This document shows, one piece after another, positions 1 to 9,649 of a stretch of 64,000 nt of DNA (positions within the stretch are counted from its first letter, which is position 1; every line of letters starts with the position of its first letter). The notes under the pieces are model-generated. The model ran no database searches. It saw only the letters and a program-made list of their open reading frames with translations, and had not been told where the DNA came from. Position numbers and translations under genes: made by a program. The stretch comes from an uncultured Candidatus Saccharibacteria bacterium. GTDB taxonomy: Bacteria > Patescibacteriota > Doudnabacteria > UBA920 > 2-01-FULL-46-14. The stretch covers positions 110-64,109 of the forward strand of contig CAYNFS010000003.1 in the NCBI GenBank assembly GCA_964396685.1. The letters run 5' to 3'.

Positions 1-1138
1 AAGCCGTTGTCTGCTCTGGTGATGTTTCTTTTGTTTCAGGTTTATTCAACCCCTTAAGCGACAAACCCAGCCGATGCTCCTGCGGCTCAATGGAAATAAT
101 CTTAAACTGATACTCTTCGCCCTCTTTCAAGACCTCCCCTGGTTCTTTGATTTTTTCTTCGGATAGTTCTCCCACATGAGCCAGTCCGTGAATATTGGGA
201 TCAAGCTCGACGAATGCGCCAAAAGGCGCAAGCTTTACAACTTTACCCCTCACGATTTGGCCAATGCTGTACTGTTTCACGGCATCTTCCCAAGGATCCT
301 TTTGCAAACGCTTGAATGAAAGGCTGATGCGGTCATTGTCAATGGAGATGATTTGCGCTTTGACCCGATCACCGACTTTGACGATATCTTTTGGATCCTC
401 AATTCTCTGCCAAGCAAGTTCGCTGATATGAACCAGGCCTTCCAGCTCCTCGCCAAATTTGACAAACGCTCCAAAATCAACCACCCCGGTCACAACACCT
501 TCTACAACGTCGCCGATCGCGAGCTTGCCGATCTTCTGCATAAGCTCGCCCTCAATCACGGCCCGTTCGGAGATAATCAACTTCTCGCCCTCCGGTTCGG
601 CGGTAATAATCCTCACGTCAAAATCCTGCCCCACATAGCCTTTGAGCACTGCCAAAATCCTGTTTTTGTCTCCGTCCTCAACTCTGGGATAATGTGAGGG
701 GGCAAGCTGGGAAACAGGCAAAAATCCCAAAACATTATTAATTTTGACCATCAACCCTCCTTTGTTGGCTTCCAGAATTTTGGCGTGGATCACCTCGCGG
801 CTTTCCAGCTTCTCTTTGAGCGCTTGCCAAACCCGCTCCTGTCCCGCTTTGCGAAAAGAAAGTTCGATGTTCCCGTCTTTGTTTTCAATCTCAATTACCG
901 AAGCATAAACCATATCGCCGACTTTCAAGGATGACAAAATCGTCTCGTCGTCATAAAGCTCGCGACCCCGCACCACGCCAAGGCCCACTCCCGCCACATC
1001 TACGTACACCTCGTTTTTACCCACGCTCAAAATCCGGCCCTGGATCACCTCTCCTTCTTTGAGGATGTGAAGCCGGACCTGCTTGCCAGATACCAGATCG
1101 TTCATAGATTGGATTTGATTCTCGCTTGTATTGGCCAT
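1..1138 (-). CDS. rpsA: 30S ribosomal protein S1 (3' end runs off the window)
   Basis: Manual translation from ATG at 1138 (MANTSENQ...) shows repeated S1 domains (GVVTGVVDFGAFV, EGLVHISEL, GKVVKLAPFGAFVEL, HGLAHVGEL). Missing from the ORF track because it is truncated. Confidence 0.93.
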   Translation of the reverse strand, partial: MANTSENQIQSMNDLVSGKQVRLHILKEGEVIQGRILSVGKNEVYVDVAGVGLGVVRGRELYDDETILSSLKVGDMVYASVIEIENKDGNIELSFRKAGQERVWQALKEKLESREVIHAKILEANKGGLMVKINNVLGFLPVSQLAPSHYPRVEDGDKNRILAVLKGYVGQDFDVRIITAEPEGEKLIISERAVIEGELMQKIGKLAIGDVVEGVVTGVVDFGAFVKFGEELEGLVHISELAWQRIEDPKDIVKVGDRVKAQIISIDNDRISLSFKRLQKDPWEDAVKQYSIGQIVRGKVVKLAPFGAFVELDPNIHGLAHVGELSEEKIKEPGEVLKEGEEYQFKIISIEPQEHRLGLSLKGLNKPETKETSPEQTTA

Positions 1139-1579
1139 ATAAAAACAAAAACGGGCAACCCCGTACTCTCTGAAAATGATGCAAGAGGTTAAGGGTTAAA
1201 AACAACGAGGTTTAATAGTAAGGAAAATCTTGCCTTAAAATTATTCGGTTTTTTAAGCTTTTTAAGCTTAGCAAATCCAAAAAAATAAATCAAGCCAGCT
1301 AGGTTTTCGAAAAACCTGGCTGGCTCTGTCGGCTATCGCATGACAACGAACTGCGGCGCGGGAGATAAAATAGAATATCCTGCAACTTCCAAATATCTCT
1401 CAAACTGACTCTGGGCAATAACAACTGTGCGCCGATTGCTCCCGCTGAAATTTTGGTGATAAAACTCAACGTAAAGCCTGTCCCCGACTGCGATCGGGGA
1501 GCGAGAATCTGCATCAAATTCAAATCACGGACCCTGCGGTACTCGCAAAATCCACCACCAAGACTGATTTGTGCTCTTG

Positions 1580-1870
1580 CTACTTAATGCCATAAAATTT
1601 TCGTAAAACCTGATTAAATCCGCCGTTTTTATCCGCAAGCTCCCTGGCTCCTCTTGTCACTGTGGCCACGCCTACATGCAGATTTCTGGCCACCCGCCGC
1701 TGGGGAATTCTCTGGTAAAGCTGTTTAACAATCTGCCAGCGGACAGCCACATCCATAAACTCATAGGGGGAGAGGAGGTCTTGGAGAAACTCATAAAGAA
1801 GCTTTCGGTCCTTTGCGACTTCATGCACTACACCGGTCAATTCCCATTCATATTCCTTATTCGCCCGCAT
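1580..1870 (-). CDS. TrpR/YerC-YecD family repressor
   Basis: LLSPYE..VAVRWQIVKQL...PQRRVARNLHVGVATVTRGAREL matches the Trp-repressor HTH pattern. Confidence 0.85.
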   Translation of the reverse strand: MRANKEYEWELTGVVHEVAKDRKLLYEFLQDLLSPYEFMDVAVRWQIVKQLYQRIPQRRVARNLHVGVATVTRGARELADKNGGFNQVLRKFYGIK

Positions 1871-1874
1871 AATA

Positions 1875-1914
1875 AGTGTACTAGTACACTAACACCATGC
1901 GAAAAACTTGTCAA
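1875..1914 (-). promoter_or_regulatory. sigma70 promoter of the TrpR-like gene with overlapping palindromic operator
   Basis: TTGACA (1914-1909), 17 bp, TAGTGT (1891-1886); perfect palindrome AGTGTACTAGTACACT at 1875-1890. Confidence 0.7.
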
Positions 1915-1953
1915 GCGCTGGAAACTTTAGACCTTTCCTGCTATAATACCTTT

Positions 1954-2613
1954 ATGGTTATCACCTGGTACGGGCTTTCTTGTTTCAAAATTTCATCCGG
2001 CTCTTTGACTTTGATCACAGACCCTTTTTTGAAAAGTGTCGGCCTCACCCCGCCCAGAATGGCCGCGGACCTTGCCATCGTTTCCAACATCAAAAGCGAA
2101 GCTTCCAACAATGTTTCCTCGCTGGGAGATAAAAGACTTTTTGTCATTGACGGCCCGGGCGAATTTGACGTCAAAGAGCTTTTTGTGCACGGGGTGGCCG
2201 CTCAAGGAGAAGGCAAAAACAAAAATAACGGCTTTGACTATACGACGATTTATGCGATACGGATGGAAGACATCAACTTAGGTTTTTTAGGAAGCCTCAA
2301 ACAAAGAGAACTTTCTGATATACAACTTGAAGCTTTGGAAAATATAGATATCCTTTTCGTTCCCGTTGGGGGCAACACCGTCTGTGATGCGGAAGAGGCC
2401 ATCACAATTGTCAACCAAATAGAACCGCGCATTGTCATCCCCATGCATTTTGCCCAGAAGGGACTCAAGTTGTCTTTGGACAAGCTGGAACCCTTCCTCA
2501 AAGAAATCGGCTCCACGAAAACGGCGTCTCAGGAAAAACTGACCATAAAGAAGTCTAATCTTGCGGATATAGCTGCCGCCACCCAGGTCGTGGTGTTAAA
2601 GGAGGCCGGCTGA
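1954..2613 (+). CDS. MBL-fold metallo-hydrolase-like protein
   Basis: ITWYGLSCFKI, TDPF, GPGEFDVK, DILFVPVGG, PRIVIPMH; start moved to ATG 1954 after TATAAT. Confidence 0.8.
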   Translation: MVITWYGLSCFKISSGSLTLITDPFLKSVGLTPPRMAADLAIVSNIKSEASNNVSSLGDKRLFVIDGPGEFDVKELFVHGVAAQGEGKNKNNGFDYTTIYAIRMEDINLGFLGSLKQRELSDIQLEALENIDILFVPVGGNTVCDAEEAITIVNQIEPRIVIPMHFAQKGLKLSLDKLEPFLKEIGSTKTASQEKLTIKKSNLADIAAATQVVVLKEAG

Positions 2614-2622
2614 AATTTAAAC

Positions 2623-2838
2623 ATGCAATGGTTCAAACAAAAAATCTCCGACCTTCAGCAAAAACCCTATTCCTCTAAAGTCAAAATCCTGTGGGGAACG
2701 GTCGCGGCAATTGCGATCATTCTGCTTGTCATCTGGTTTATTACCTTGCGTTATCGCAATCTGGAAGCCTCCAATGAGCTCTCCAAGTTTGCGCCAATTT
2801 TTGAGAATCTAAAAAAGCTCAAAAACAACAACCCCTAG
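2623..2838 (+). CDS. small single-TM hypothetical protein
   Basis: 71 aa with one hydrophobic helix, tightly packed between co-oriented genes. Confidence 0.7.
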   Translation: MQWFKQKISDLQQKPYSSKVKILWGTVAAIAIILLVIWFITLRYRNLEASNELSKFAPIFENLKKLKNNNP

Positions 2839-2839
2839 T

Positions 2840-5314
2840 ATGGCCAAGCCTCTCAAACCGCTAAAAAACGAGTCTGGAATCGGCTATGTCAAGCCTCGCG
2901 TGCTCGAGGAAGAAATGCAGGAATCTTATCTTGATTACGCGATGAGCGTAATTGTCTCGCGCGCCCTGCCAGACGTGCGCGACGGACTTAAACCCGTGCA
3001 CCGCCGGATTCTTTACGCCATGAATGAACTGGGACTTAACCCCCAAGCGCGCTACCGCAAATCCGCAACGGTAGTGGGCGAAGTCTTAGGCAAATACCAT
3101 CCCCACGGGGATGTGGCCGTATACGATTCGCTGGTGAGACTAGCTCAAAATTTTGCCATGCGCTATCCCTTAGTGGACGGCCAGGGGAACTTTGGCTCTC
3201 TTGACGGGGATGCGCCGGCCGCCATGCGCTACTCGGAGTGCCGGCTGGCCCCTTTGTCTTTGGAATTGCTCTCGGAGCTTGATAGAGAGACGGTTGACTG
3301 GATGGATAACTACGATGCCACCAAAAAGGAACCCAAAGTCTTGCCGGCCAAGCTTCCAAACCTGCTCTTAAACGGCACTTTGGGCATTGCTGTCGGAATG
3401 GCTACCGACATTCCTCCGCATAACTTAGGAGAAATTGCGGCGGCGACCAGCGCTTTGATTGACAATCCCAAGCTTACCAGTGAAGATCTCATGGATTTTG
3501 TTTTGGGTCCTGATTTCCCAACCGGCGGAATCATCTACGACTGGAGCGCCATAAAAGCGGCCTACGCCACCGGCAAGGGCAGTGTTACTGTCCGGGCGAA
3601 AACCGAAATTGTTGAAGGAAAAGATGGAAATTTCCAGATCCTCATCACGGAAATCCCTTATCGCGTCAACAAAGCGACGCTTTTGGAAAAATTTGCCGAA
3701 CTGGTGCGCGACAAAAAGTTAGAAGGAATCAAAAATTTGCGGGACGAATCTGATAAAGACGGAGTAAGAATCGTAGTGGAGCTGAAAAAAGACGCCCTAC
3801 CCAACAAAATCCTCAACCAGCTTTTTAAATATTCCCAGCTTCAGGATGCTTTCCACCTTAATATGCTGGCTCTAGTTGAAGGAATTGAGCCGCGGGTTCT
3901 AAATCTCAAAATGATTTTGGAGTATTATATCGCTCACCGCCGCGAGGTCGTGGCCAGACGCACGCGTTTTGACTTAGAAAAATCCAAGGAGAGAGCCCAT
4001 ATCCTGGAAGGATTAAAAAAAGCGCTTGACCACATCGACGCCATAATCAAGGCTATCAAACAATCTCAAACCAAAGAAGAGGCTCACGCCGAACTTCAGA
4101 AAAAATTCAAGCTTTCGGACAAACAGGCAACCGCGATTTTGGAGATGCGTCTGCAGGCTCTGGCTGGCTTGGAGCAACGCAAGATCGAAGAGGAGCTTAA
4201 AGAAAAAAGACAGCTGATCAAAGAGCTGGAAGAGCTTCTGAAATCCCCCAAAAAAATTGATTCAGTGGTCAAGAAGGAGCTTGCCGATTTGACAACCAAG
4301 TTTTCGGACCCGCGCCGGACTAAGCTTATCAAACAGCCCATTGGCGAATTCAAAGCCGAGGATCTGATAGCTAACGAAGACGCAATCATCGTTGTTACCA
4401 AATCCGGCTATGTAAAAAGGCTGCCGCCTGACACTTACCGCAAACAAGGCCGAGGCGGCAAAGGAGTAATCGGCATCACCACCAAAGAAGAAGATGTGGT
4501 GGAGAAACTGCTTGCCGCTAAGACCCACGATGACGTTATGTTTTTTACCAACAAAGGGCGAGTTTTCCAGACCAAAATCTACGAGCTTCCCGAGACCTCT
4601 CGTACGGCCAAAGGCCAAGCCCTGGTGAACTTTCTAGAGCTTGCACAAGGCGAATTTGCAACTGCCGTGCTCACCTTTGGCAAAGCCGAGCGGACCGCGT
4701 ACAAATACCTTTTTATGGGCACTAAATTCGGCACAGTCAAAAAAACCGCAATCTCGGAGTTTGAAAAGGTCAGGCACTCCGGACTTATCGCCGTTAAGCT
4801 TCAAAGGGATGACGAGCTTAGATGGGTCAATCTCTCTTCGGGCAATGATGACGTCATGATGACCACGGCTGGAGGGCAGGCGATCAGATTTAAAGAAACG
4901 GATGTGCGCCCCATGGGGCGGACGGCCGCGGGAGTGCGCGGAATCAGACTCAAAAAAGACGATCTCGTCATGAGTGTGGATGTTATTGAAAAAAGCCGCG
5001 ATCCCAAAAACCTCCAAGTGCTGGTGATTTCGGAGTTGGGGTTGGGCAAAAAAACCCCTCTTATGGAATATAAGGTTCAGCGCCGGGGCGGATCGGGAAT
5101 CAAAACCATGAACATCACCAAAAAAACCGGAAAAATCGTAATAATGCATACTGTCAACCGGGCGGAAGAAGCAGACCTTGTGGTTATTTCCAAAATGGGG
5201 CAGACTCTGCGCACGGCTTTGGGCCAGATCTCTACCCTGGGACGCGCTACACAGGGTGTGAGAATCTTGAAACTTGAATCAGGCGATCAGGTGGCTTCTG
5301 CCGCAATTGTCTAA
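2840..5314 (+). CDS. gyrA: DNA gyrase subunit A
   Basis: [29 protein letters not shown] catalytic Tyr, GyrA-box QGRGGKG. Confidence 0.98.
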   Translation: MAKPLKPLKNESGIGYVKPRVLEEEMQESYLDYAMSVIVSRALPDVRDGLKPVHRRILYAMNELGLNPQARYRKSATVVGEVLGKYHPHGDVAVYDSLVRLAQNFAMRYPLVDGQGNFGSLDGDAPAAMRYSECRLAPLSLELLSELDRETVDWMDNYDATKKEPKVLPAKLPNLLLNGTLGIAVGMATDIPPHNLGEIAAATSALIDNPKLTSEDLMDFVLGPDFPTGGIIYDWSAIKAAYATGKGSVTVRAKTEIVEGKDGNFQILITEIPYRVNKATLLEKFAELVRDKKLEGIKNLRDESDKDGVRIVVELKKDALPNKILNQLFKYSQLQDAFHLNMLALVEGIEPRVLNLKMILEYYIAHRREVVARRTRFDLEKSKERAHILEGLKKALDHIDAIIKAIKQSQTKEEAHAELQKKFKLSDKQATAILEMRLQALAGLEQRKIEEELKEKRQLIKELEELLKSPKKIDSVVKKELADLTTKFSDPRRTKLIKQPIGEFKAEDLIANEDAIIVVTKSGYVKRLPPDTYRKQGRGGKGVIGITTKEEDVVEKLLAAKTHDDVMFFTNKGRVFQTKIYELPETSRTAKGQALVNFLELAQGEFATAVLTFGKAERTAYKYLFMGTKFGTVKKTAISEFEKVRHSGLIAVKLQRDDELRWVNLSSGNDDVMMTTAGGQAIRFKETDVRPMGRTAAGVRGIRLKKDDLVMSVDVIEKSRDPKNLQVLVISELGLGKKTPLMEYKVQRRGGSGIKTMNITKKTGKIVIMHTVNRAEEADLVVISKMGQTLRTALGQISTLGRATQGVRILKLESGDQVASAAIV

Positions 5315-5334
5315 AAATTGTGGTAAAATAGAAC

Positions 5335-5409
5335 GGGCGCATAGCTCAGCGGCAGAGCATCCGTCTTATACACGGCAGGTCCTAGGTTCGAATCCTAGTG
5401 CGCCCACCA
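5335..5409 (+). tRNA. tRNA with anticodon UAU (nominally Ile), CCA encoded
   Basis: Acceptor GGGCGCA/TGCGCCC, D arm GCTC/GAGC, anticodon arm CCGT-CTTATAC-ACGG, T arm CTAGG-TTCGAAT-CCTAG, ACCA end. Confidence 0.92.
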
Positions 5410-5414
5410 AAGTC

Positions 5415-6386
5415 ATGACAGGGCAACAATCGCTAATTGACTACATCAAACAAAATCTCCGAAACGGTTTCCAGGAATCGGAAATCAGGCAGGCCTTGCA
5501 TCAAGCTGGCTGGGGCACTTTGGATATTGAGGATGGATTTCGGGAAGCCAAGGGTGCCAAAACCCTCGGAAAATTTATTGATACGCAAAAACTCCTGCCG
5601 CAACCTGCAAATCGTCAAAAAATCCTGACAATTTTAACCCTCGCGCTTACTCTGCCCGTAATCGGTTTGGGCAGTTTCTGGCTCTATCAAAAATATGCCT
5701 CCCCAGATATTCCAGAGCCCGAAGGGCAAGTGGAAGGGACTCAAAATGCAAACTTAACATCCGGCCTCCAAGAGGCCCAAGGCCGTGATGAGCAGCGTCT
5801 CAAAGATACAACCGGCCTGAAACAAGCTTTAGAATTATATTTTCAACAACATCAACAGTATCCCCCAAAAATCAGCGAGCTTGTAAGCCAAAAGCTAATT
5901 GCCGAAGTTCCGCGCGACCCAAAAAGCGACGAGCCGTATCTCTACCGGAGTTTGGGAGAACCGGCGCTGCATTACTTTTTGGCTTTTATACTGGAAACTA
6001 AAGCCCGAGGGCTCAAGCCTGGCCTGCAAGTCGTTTATTCGGAAGAGGAAATCTCGCCAGAACTTTTTCAGAGATATCAATCTTTGATCAGCGGCGCTGT
6101 TACTCCATTGGGCGCGGAGGGACTTAAGATCACTAAGCTTGATGAAAAGCCGTTTCTCCCCCAAGAACCTGTGACTTTGGAAGTATATGGACAAAAAACC
6201 GCCGAACTTCTAAGCGCCAATATGATTATCCCCGGCTACTTAGAACAAGTAGACCAAAGCAGACCCTTGGTTTTCAAATTTTTGGCTCCTAAAAATCCTG
6301 GCCAATACCCGGTATACGTTTTTGGTTTTGATGGATCCGGCCAGGGCTACTTCCAAAAAACTTTGCTTGTCGTGGAAAATCCTTAA
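5415..6386 (+). CDS. membrane-anchored protein with a pilin/GspG-like helix
   Basis: Start at ATG 5415 (the longer ORF overlaps the tRNA); one TM; RDEQRLKDTTGLKQALELYFQQHQQYP resembles a pilin alpha1-C motif. Confidence 0.65.
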   Translation: MTGQQSLIDYIKQNLRNGFQESEIRQALHQAGWGTLDIEDGFREAKGAKTLGKFIDTQKLLPQPANRQKILTILTLALTLPVIGLGSFWLYQKYASPDIPEPEGQVEGTQNANLTSGLQEAQGRDEQRLKDTTGLKQALELYFQQHQQYPPKISELVSQKLIAEVPRDPKSDEPYLYRSLGEPALHYFLAFILETKARGLKPGLQVVYSEEEISPELFQRYQSLISGAVTPLGAEGLKITKLDEKPFLPQEPVTLEVYGQKTAELLSANMIIPGYLEQVDQSRPLVFKFLAPKNPGQYPVYVFGFDGSGQGYFQKTLLVVENP

Positions 6387-6411
6387 TTTTCGGAAAGGGG
6401 GTGGCAAAATA

Positions 6412-6540
6412 ATGACGACTTGCCCGATGTGCAATGCTGACGAAGTCAGCGATGACCCCGCTGATATGACGGGACACGATATGTCCAAGCATCCTGAAGC
6501 TGGCTCCGGTGATTCCGAAGAGGGAGCGGTTTCCGAATAA
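6412..6540 (+). CDS. 42-aa acidic microprotein with CxxC...HxxxxH
   Basis: SD-like GAAAGGGGGTG upstream of ATG; MTTCPMCNADEVSDDPADMTGHDMSKHPEAGSGDSEEGAVSE. Confidence 0.6.
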   Translation: MTTCPMCNADEVSDDPADMTGHDMSKHPEAGSGDSEEGAVSE

Positions 6541-6625
6541 CATTCTCAATTTCTCAAACAACCAAAGCCCCTGGCTCCAACATACTCTGATACTCTGGGG
6601 GTTTTGTTTTTGGTATAATGCACAC

Positions 6626-7036
6626 ATGGAAACTCTTACGGTCCAAACCAAAAAGAAATACGAGCTCGTGGATCTTACGGAGCAGCTTGCCGCGCTGGTT
6701 GAAAAAACCCTGAACAAATCGGGAATAGTTTTGGTTTTTGTTCCACACACCACCGCGACACTCATCTGCAACGAAGCCGAAGCTAACCTCAAAAGCGATA
6801 TCCTCAAACTCGCCAAGGCCTTGGAGGAAAATGCAGAATTCTTTGGCGGCTTCGCCCATGATTACCAAGAAGGTAACGCGCACGCCCATTTGGTTTCGGC
6901 GTTTGCCGGCAACTCCCGCACCCTCATTATCGAAGATGGACAACTCAAACTCGGCGCGTGGCAATCAATCATGCTTTTGGAAATGGATGGACCGAGAGAA
7001 AGACAAGTTTGGATAAAAATAATTTCCTCTTCTTAA
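6626..7036 (+). CDS. YjbQ/UPF0047 family protein
   Basis: FVPHTTA, NAHAHL, LKLGAWQSIMLLEMDGPRER. Confidence 0.92.
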   Translation: METLTVQTKKKYELVDLTEQLAALVEKTLNKSGIVLVFVPHTTATLICNEAEANLKSDILKLAKALEENAEFFGGFAHDYQEGNAHAHLVSAFAGNSRTLIIEDGQLKLGAWQSIMLLEMDGPRERQVWIKIISSS

Positions 7037-7066
7037 TTCTACCTTCTAAATTCTAGGTTCTACTCT

Positions 7067-7792
7067 ATGTCCGGACATAGCAAATGGGCGCAAATCAAAA
7101 GGCAAAAGGCCGTCGCTGACAAGAAAAAAGGACAAATTTTTTCCAAATTGATTAGAGAGATAACAATCACGGCCAAACAGGGAGGAGACGACCCAGTCAG
7201 CAATTTCCGCCTGCGCATTGCCATAGAAAAAGCTCGGAGCGCCGGCATGCCCAGCGACAATATCGAGCGCGCGATCAAACGCGCCACAGGCCTTGAAGCA
7301 GACACTCAAGCGCTTGAAGAAGCAATCTACGAAGGGTATGGCCCCTTTGGCACGGCGTTTTTGATTGAAGCCGCCACTGACAACAAAAACCGGACCGTCA
7401 ATGAAATCAAACATGTCTTTGCTAAACACGGAGGCACTCTGGGAAGTTCGGGCAGTGTCATCTGGCAGTTTGTCACCCGCGGACAGATTTTGGTGGAACG
7501 GGAACCAGATAAAGATCTTTCGGAGCTTGAACTGAAAGCCATTGACGCCGGGGCGGAAGACGTCCGGGAATCACCCGATGGGTTGGAAGTTTATACCCTG
7601 CCTTTGGATCTGGAAAAAATTAGAGAAGCTTTGCTACAAAATGGCGCCCGAATCGCTCAAGCGCACGTGATAAAAGAAAGTACCCGGGGAATTGATTTGA
7701 CTCCCGAACAAAAACCGAAAGTTGAAGAACTTTTTGCCGAGCTTGAGGAGCACGAGGACGTGATCGCGGTGCACACGAACGCAAACCTCTAA
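7067..7792 (+). CDS. yebC: YebC/PmpR family protein
   Basis: MSGHSKWAQIKRQK, YEGYGPFG, TDNKNRT; upstream of ruvC. Confidence 0.96.
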   Translation: MSGHSKWAQIKRQKAVADKKKGQIFSKLIREITITAKQGGDDPVSNFRLRIAIEKARSAGMPSDNIERAIKRATGLEADTQALEEAIYEGYGPFGTAFLIEAATDNKNRTVNEIKHVFAKHGGTLGSSGSVIWQFVTRGQILVEREPDKDLSELELKAIDAGAEDVRESPDGLEVYTLPLDLEKIREALLQNGARIAQAHVIKESTRGIDLTPEQKPKVEELFAELEEHEDVIAVHTNANL

Positions 7793-7819
7793 TTGATAAT
7801 CAATTATCGATAATCGATT

Positions 7820-8302
7820 ATGATTATTTTAGGCATTGACCCCGGCACAGCAACAACCGGCTATGGAATTATCCAAATAAAAAAGGGTGCGTCACCCCGC
7901 CTTATTGAATATGGCTGTATCACCACCCCTAAAAGAAACAGACCGGAGAAGCGCCTTACCGAAATTTATAAGGATCTCAAAAAACTTATCAAAAAACACA
8001 AACCCGGTCTTCTGGCTGTTGAATCTTTATTTTTTTTCAAGAATCTGAAAACCGCGATTTCTGTGGCGCAAGCAAGAGGAGTGGTGCTTCTTTGCGCTTC
8101 TGAATCAAAAATTAAAATTGCAGAATTTGCTCCGCTTGAGGTCAAAATGTCGCTCACAAGCTACGGCCGAGCCGACAAGAAACAAGTGCAATATATGGTG
8201 AAAAAGCTTTTAGGGCTTAAAAACGCGCCCAAGCCCGACGACGCCGCCGACGCTTTGGCAGTGGCAATCTGCGCTTCCTCCCGCCTGTCATTCCAGGCTT
8301 GA
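7820..8302 (+). CDS. ruvC: Holliday junction resolvase
   Basis: ILGIDPG, QARGV, YGRADKKQV, DDAADALAVA. Confidence 0.97.
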   Translation: MIILGIDPGTATTGYGIIQIKKGASPRLIEYGCITTPKRNRPEKRLTEIYKDLKKLIKKHKPGLLAVESLFFFKNLKTAISVAQARGVVLLCASESKIKIAEFAPLEVKMSLTSYGRADKKQVQYMVKKLLGLKNAPKPDDAADALAVAICASSRLSFQA

Positions 8303-8386
8303 TTCGTCTTACAAGTCTAGACCAGGAATCCAATTCTTAAAGAAAAGACCGGAACGAGTCCTAAATGCTCCGGCTTTTTGGATACC

Positions 8387-9508
8387 TTACCACGGCAGAT
8401 GTATCTGCGGATTGAATCCGAGATTCCGCAACCACTCCACACCTTCAGAGAAGGAACGCGAGTACACTGGAAATTGCGCGAATCCGCCTTGTTTTGTGTA
8501 GCCACCAACTTCCGTGGAGCAGTCGAGCGTGAACATACAACCTCCGCCTTTTGCACAACGCGCGCTTAAATCAAAATGTTCGCGGGTGGAGAACCACGGC
8601 AGAGCTTCTGGAATCGCGAGCGAATACAACGCGCCCACGAACTCGTACTCTTTGTCGCCGTAGAATGCTGGAGCAGTATGCATTGGAGTACCAGCACCGT
8701 ATTTCCAACGCGGCATACCGAAGATGATGTTTGCTCCATACTCCTTACGAAGATATAGCGCATGGTCAAGCGTGACCAGCGCATCAAAGCGCCAATCAGC
8801 CAATCCGCCGAGAAACGCAACGCCAGCAGTTTTGATGCCGCCTTGTAACGCATGATCGTGCGCGTCAAGGCGATACTGCATATTGGCTTTCGGGCCATGC
8901 GAATGTATTTCCTTGTACGATTCGGCAGCATAGGTTTCCTGCCAGACAATCGTGAAGGTACATCCAGCGTCCGCAAGCAAACGGTAGTCGTCAACTTGCT
9001 TGAGCGGAAAAAAGTTAATTCCCACATTCCGCGCGGCCGCCTTTCTTGTTGCGATAACCATCCGAGCGGCTTTTTGACCGTTCAGTAACTCCGGGTCTGT
9101 TGCCGCAACAAGCTCAATGTCGCCGTATCCAAGCTGAAGCAAGTGAATCGCTTCTTTGCGAACTTCTTCAGGATTCATGCGTATGAGTTTATCGTAGGGC
9201 ACGTTGCCGTGCCGCCATGGGCAATACACGCAGTAGTCGAGACAGCCGCCTATGCTTGGGTCGCCGTCAGATATGTACAGCGGCGGCATAAGAAACAACC
9301 GCTTCTGCCAAACCTCATCACGCCGACGAATTGCTTCCGCTATAACTTCCAGACGAAATGGTTCGTGGTCAGAAGCCAAGATCAGCTGTGCCAGATTTGG
9401 TAAATCAAACGATTCCCTCCGTAAGAGGTCGCCGACCTTATCCGCTGATCGTGTCTCCCAAATCAACAACTGTGCCAGTTTTTCTGGCTCAAAATACTCG
9501 CTAAACAT
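8387..9508 (-). CDS. ThiH/NosL/HydG-like radical SAM amino-acid lyase
   Basis: PLYIS...CLDYCVYC, WQETY, H..GPK, STRE and STEVGGY (BATS-type C-terminus); no HydG C-terminal Cys motif. Confidence 0.8.
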   Translation of the reverse strand: MFSEYFEPEKLAQLLIWETRSADKVGDLLRRESFDLPNLAQLILASDHEPFRLEVIAEAIRRRDEVWQKRLFLMPPLYISDGDPSIGGCLDYCVYCPWRHGNVPYDKLIRMNPEEVRKEAIHLLQLGYGDIELVAATDPELLNGQKAARMVIATRKAAARNVGINFFPLKQVDDYRLLADAGCTFTIVWQETYAAESYKEIHSHGPKANMQYRLDAHDHALQGGIKTAGVAFLGGLADWRFDALVTLDHALYLRKEYGANIIFGMPRWKYGAGTPMHTAPAFYGDKEYEFVGALYSLAIPEALPWFSTREHFDLSARCAKGGGCMFTLDCSTEVGGYTKQGGFAQFPVYSRSFSEGVEWLRNLGFNPQIHLPW

Positions 9509-9649
9509 GGTGTCCCCCTTTCACAAGTTAAGGGACAAATATATCATATTCGCGAGTTCTTTTTTGACAATTTCCCCAAGCCATTGACCTTTCTTCATAT
9601 TTTGGCTAGAATATAACAAATAACTGTCGTAATATTCTGACGATTATAT

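Noticed and set aside
1299-1523. 74-aa ORF between rpsA and the TrpR-like gene
   Set aside because: No SD or recognisable motif, TTG start, and it spans a palindrome (1481-1500); cannot be supported as a gene
5274-5414. N-terminal extension of the 370-aa ORF
   Set aside because: Overlaps the gyrA end and the whole tRNA; ATG 5415 is the plausible start
8387-9508. HydG / FeFe-hydrogenase maturation
   Set aside because: Too short, lacks the C-terminal Cys motif, and no hyd genes nearby
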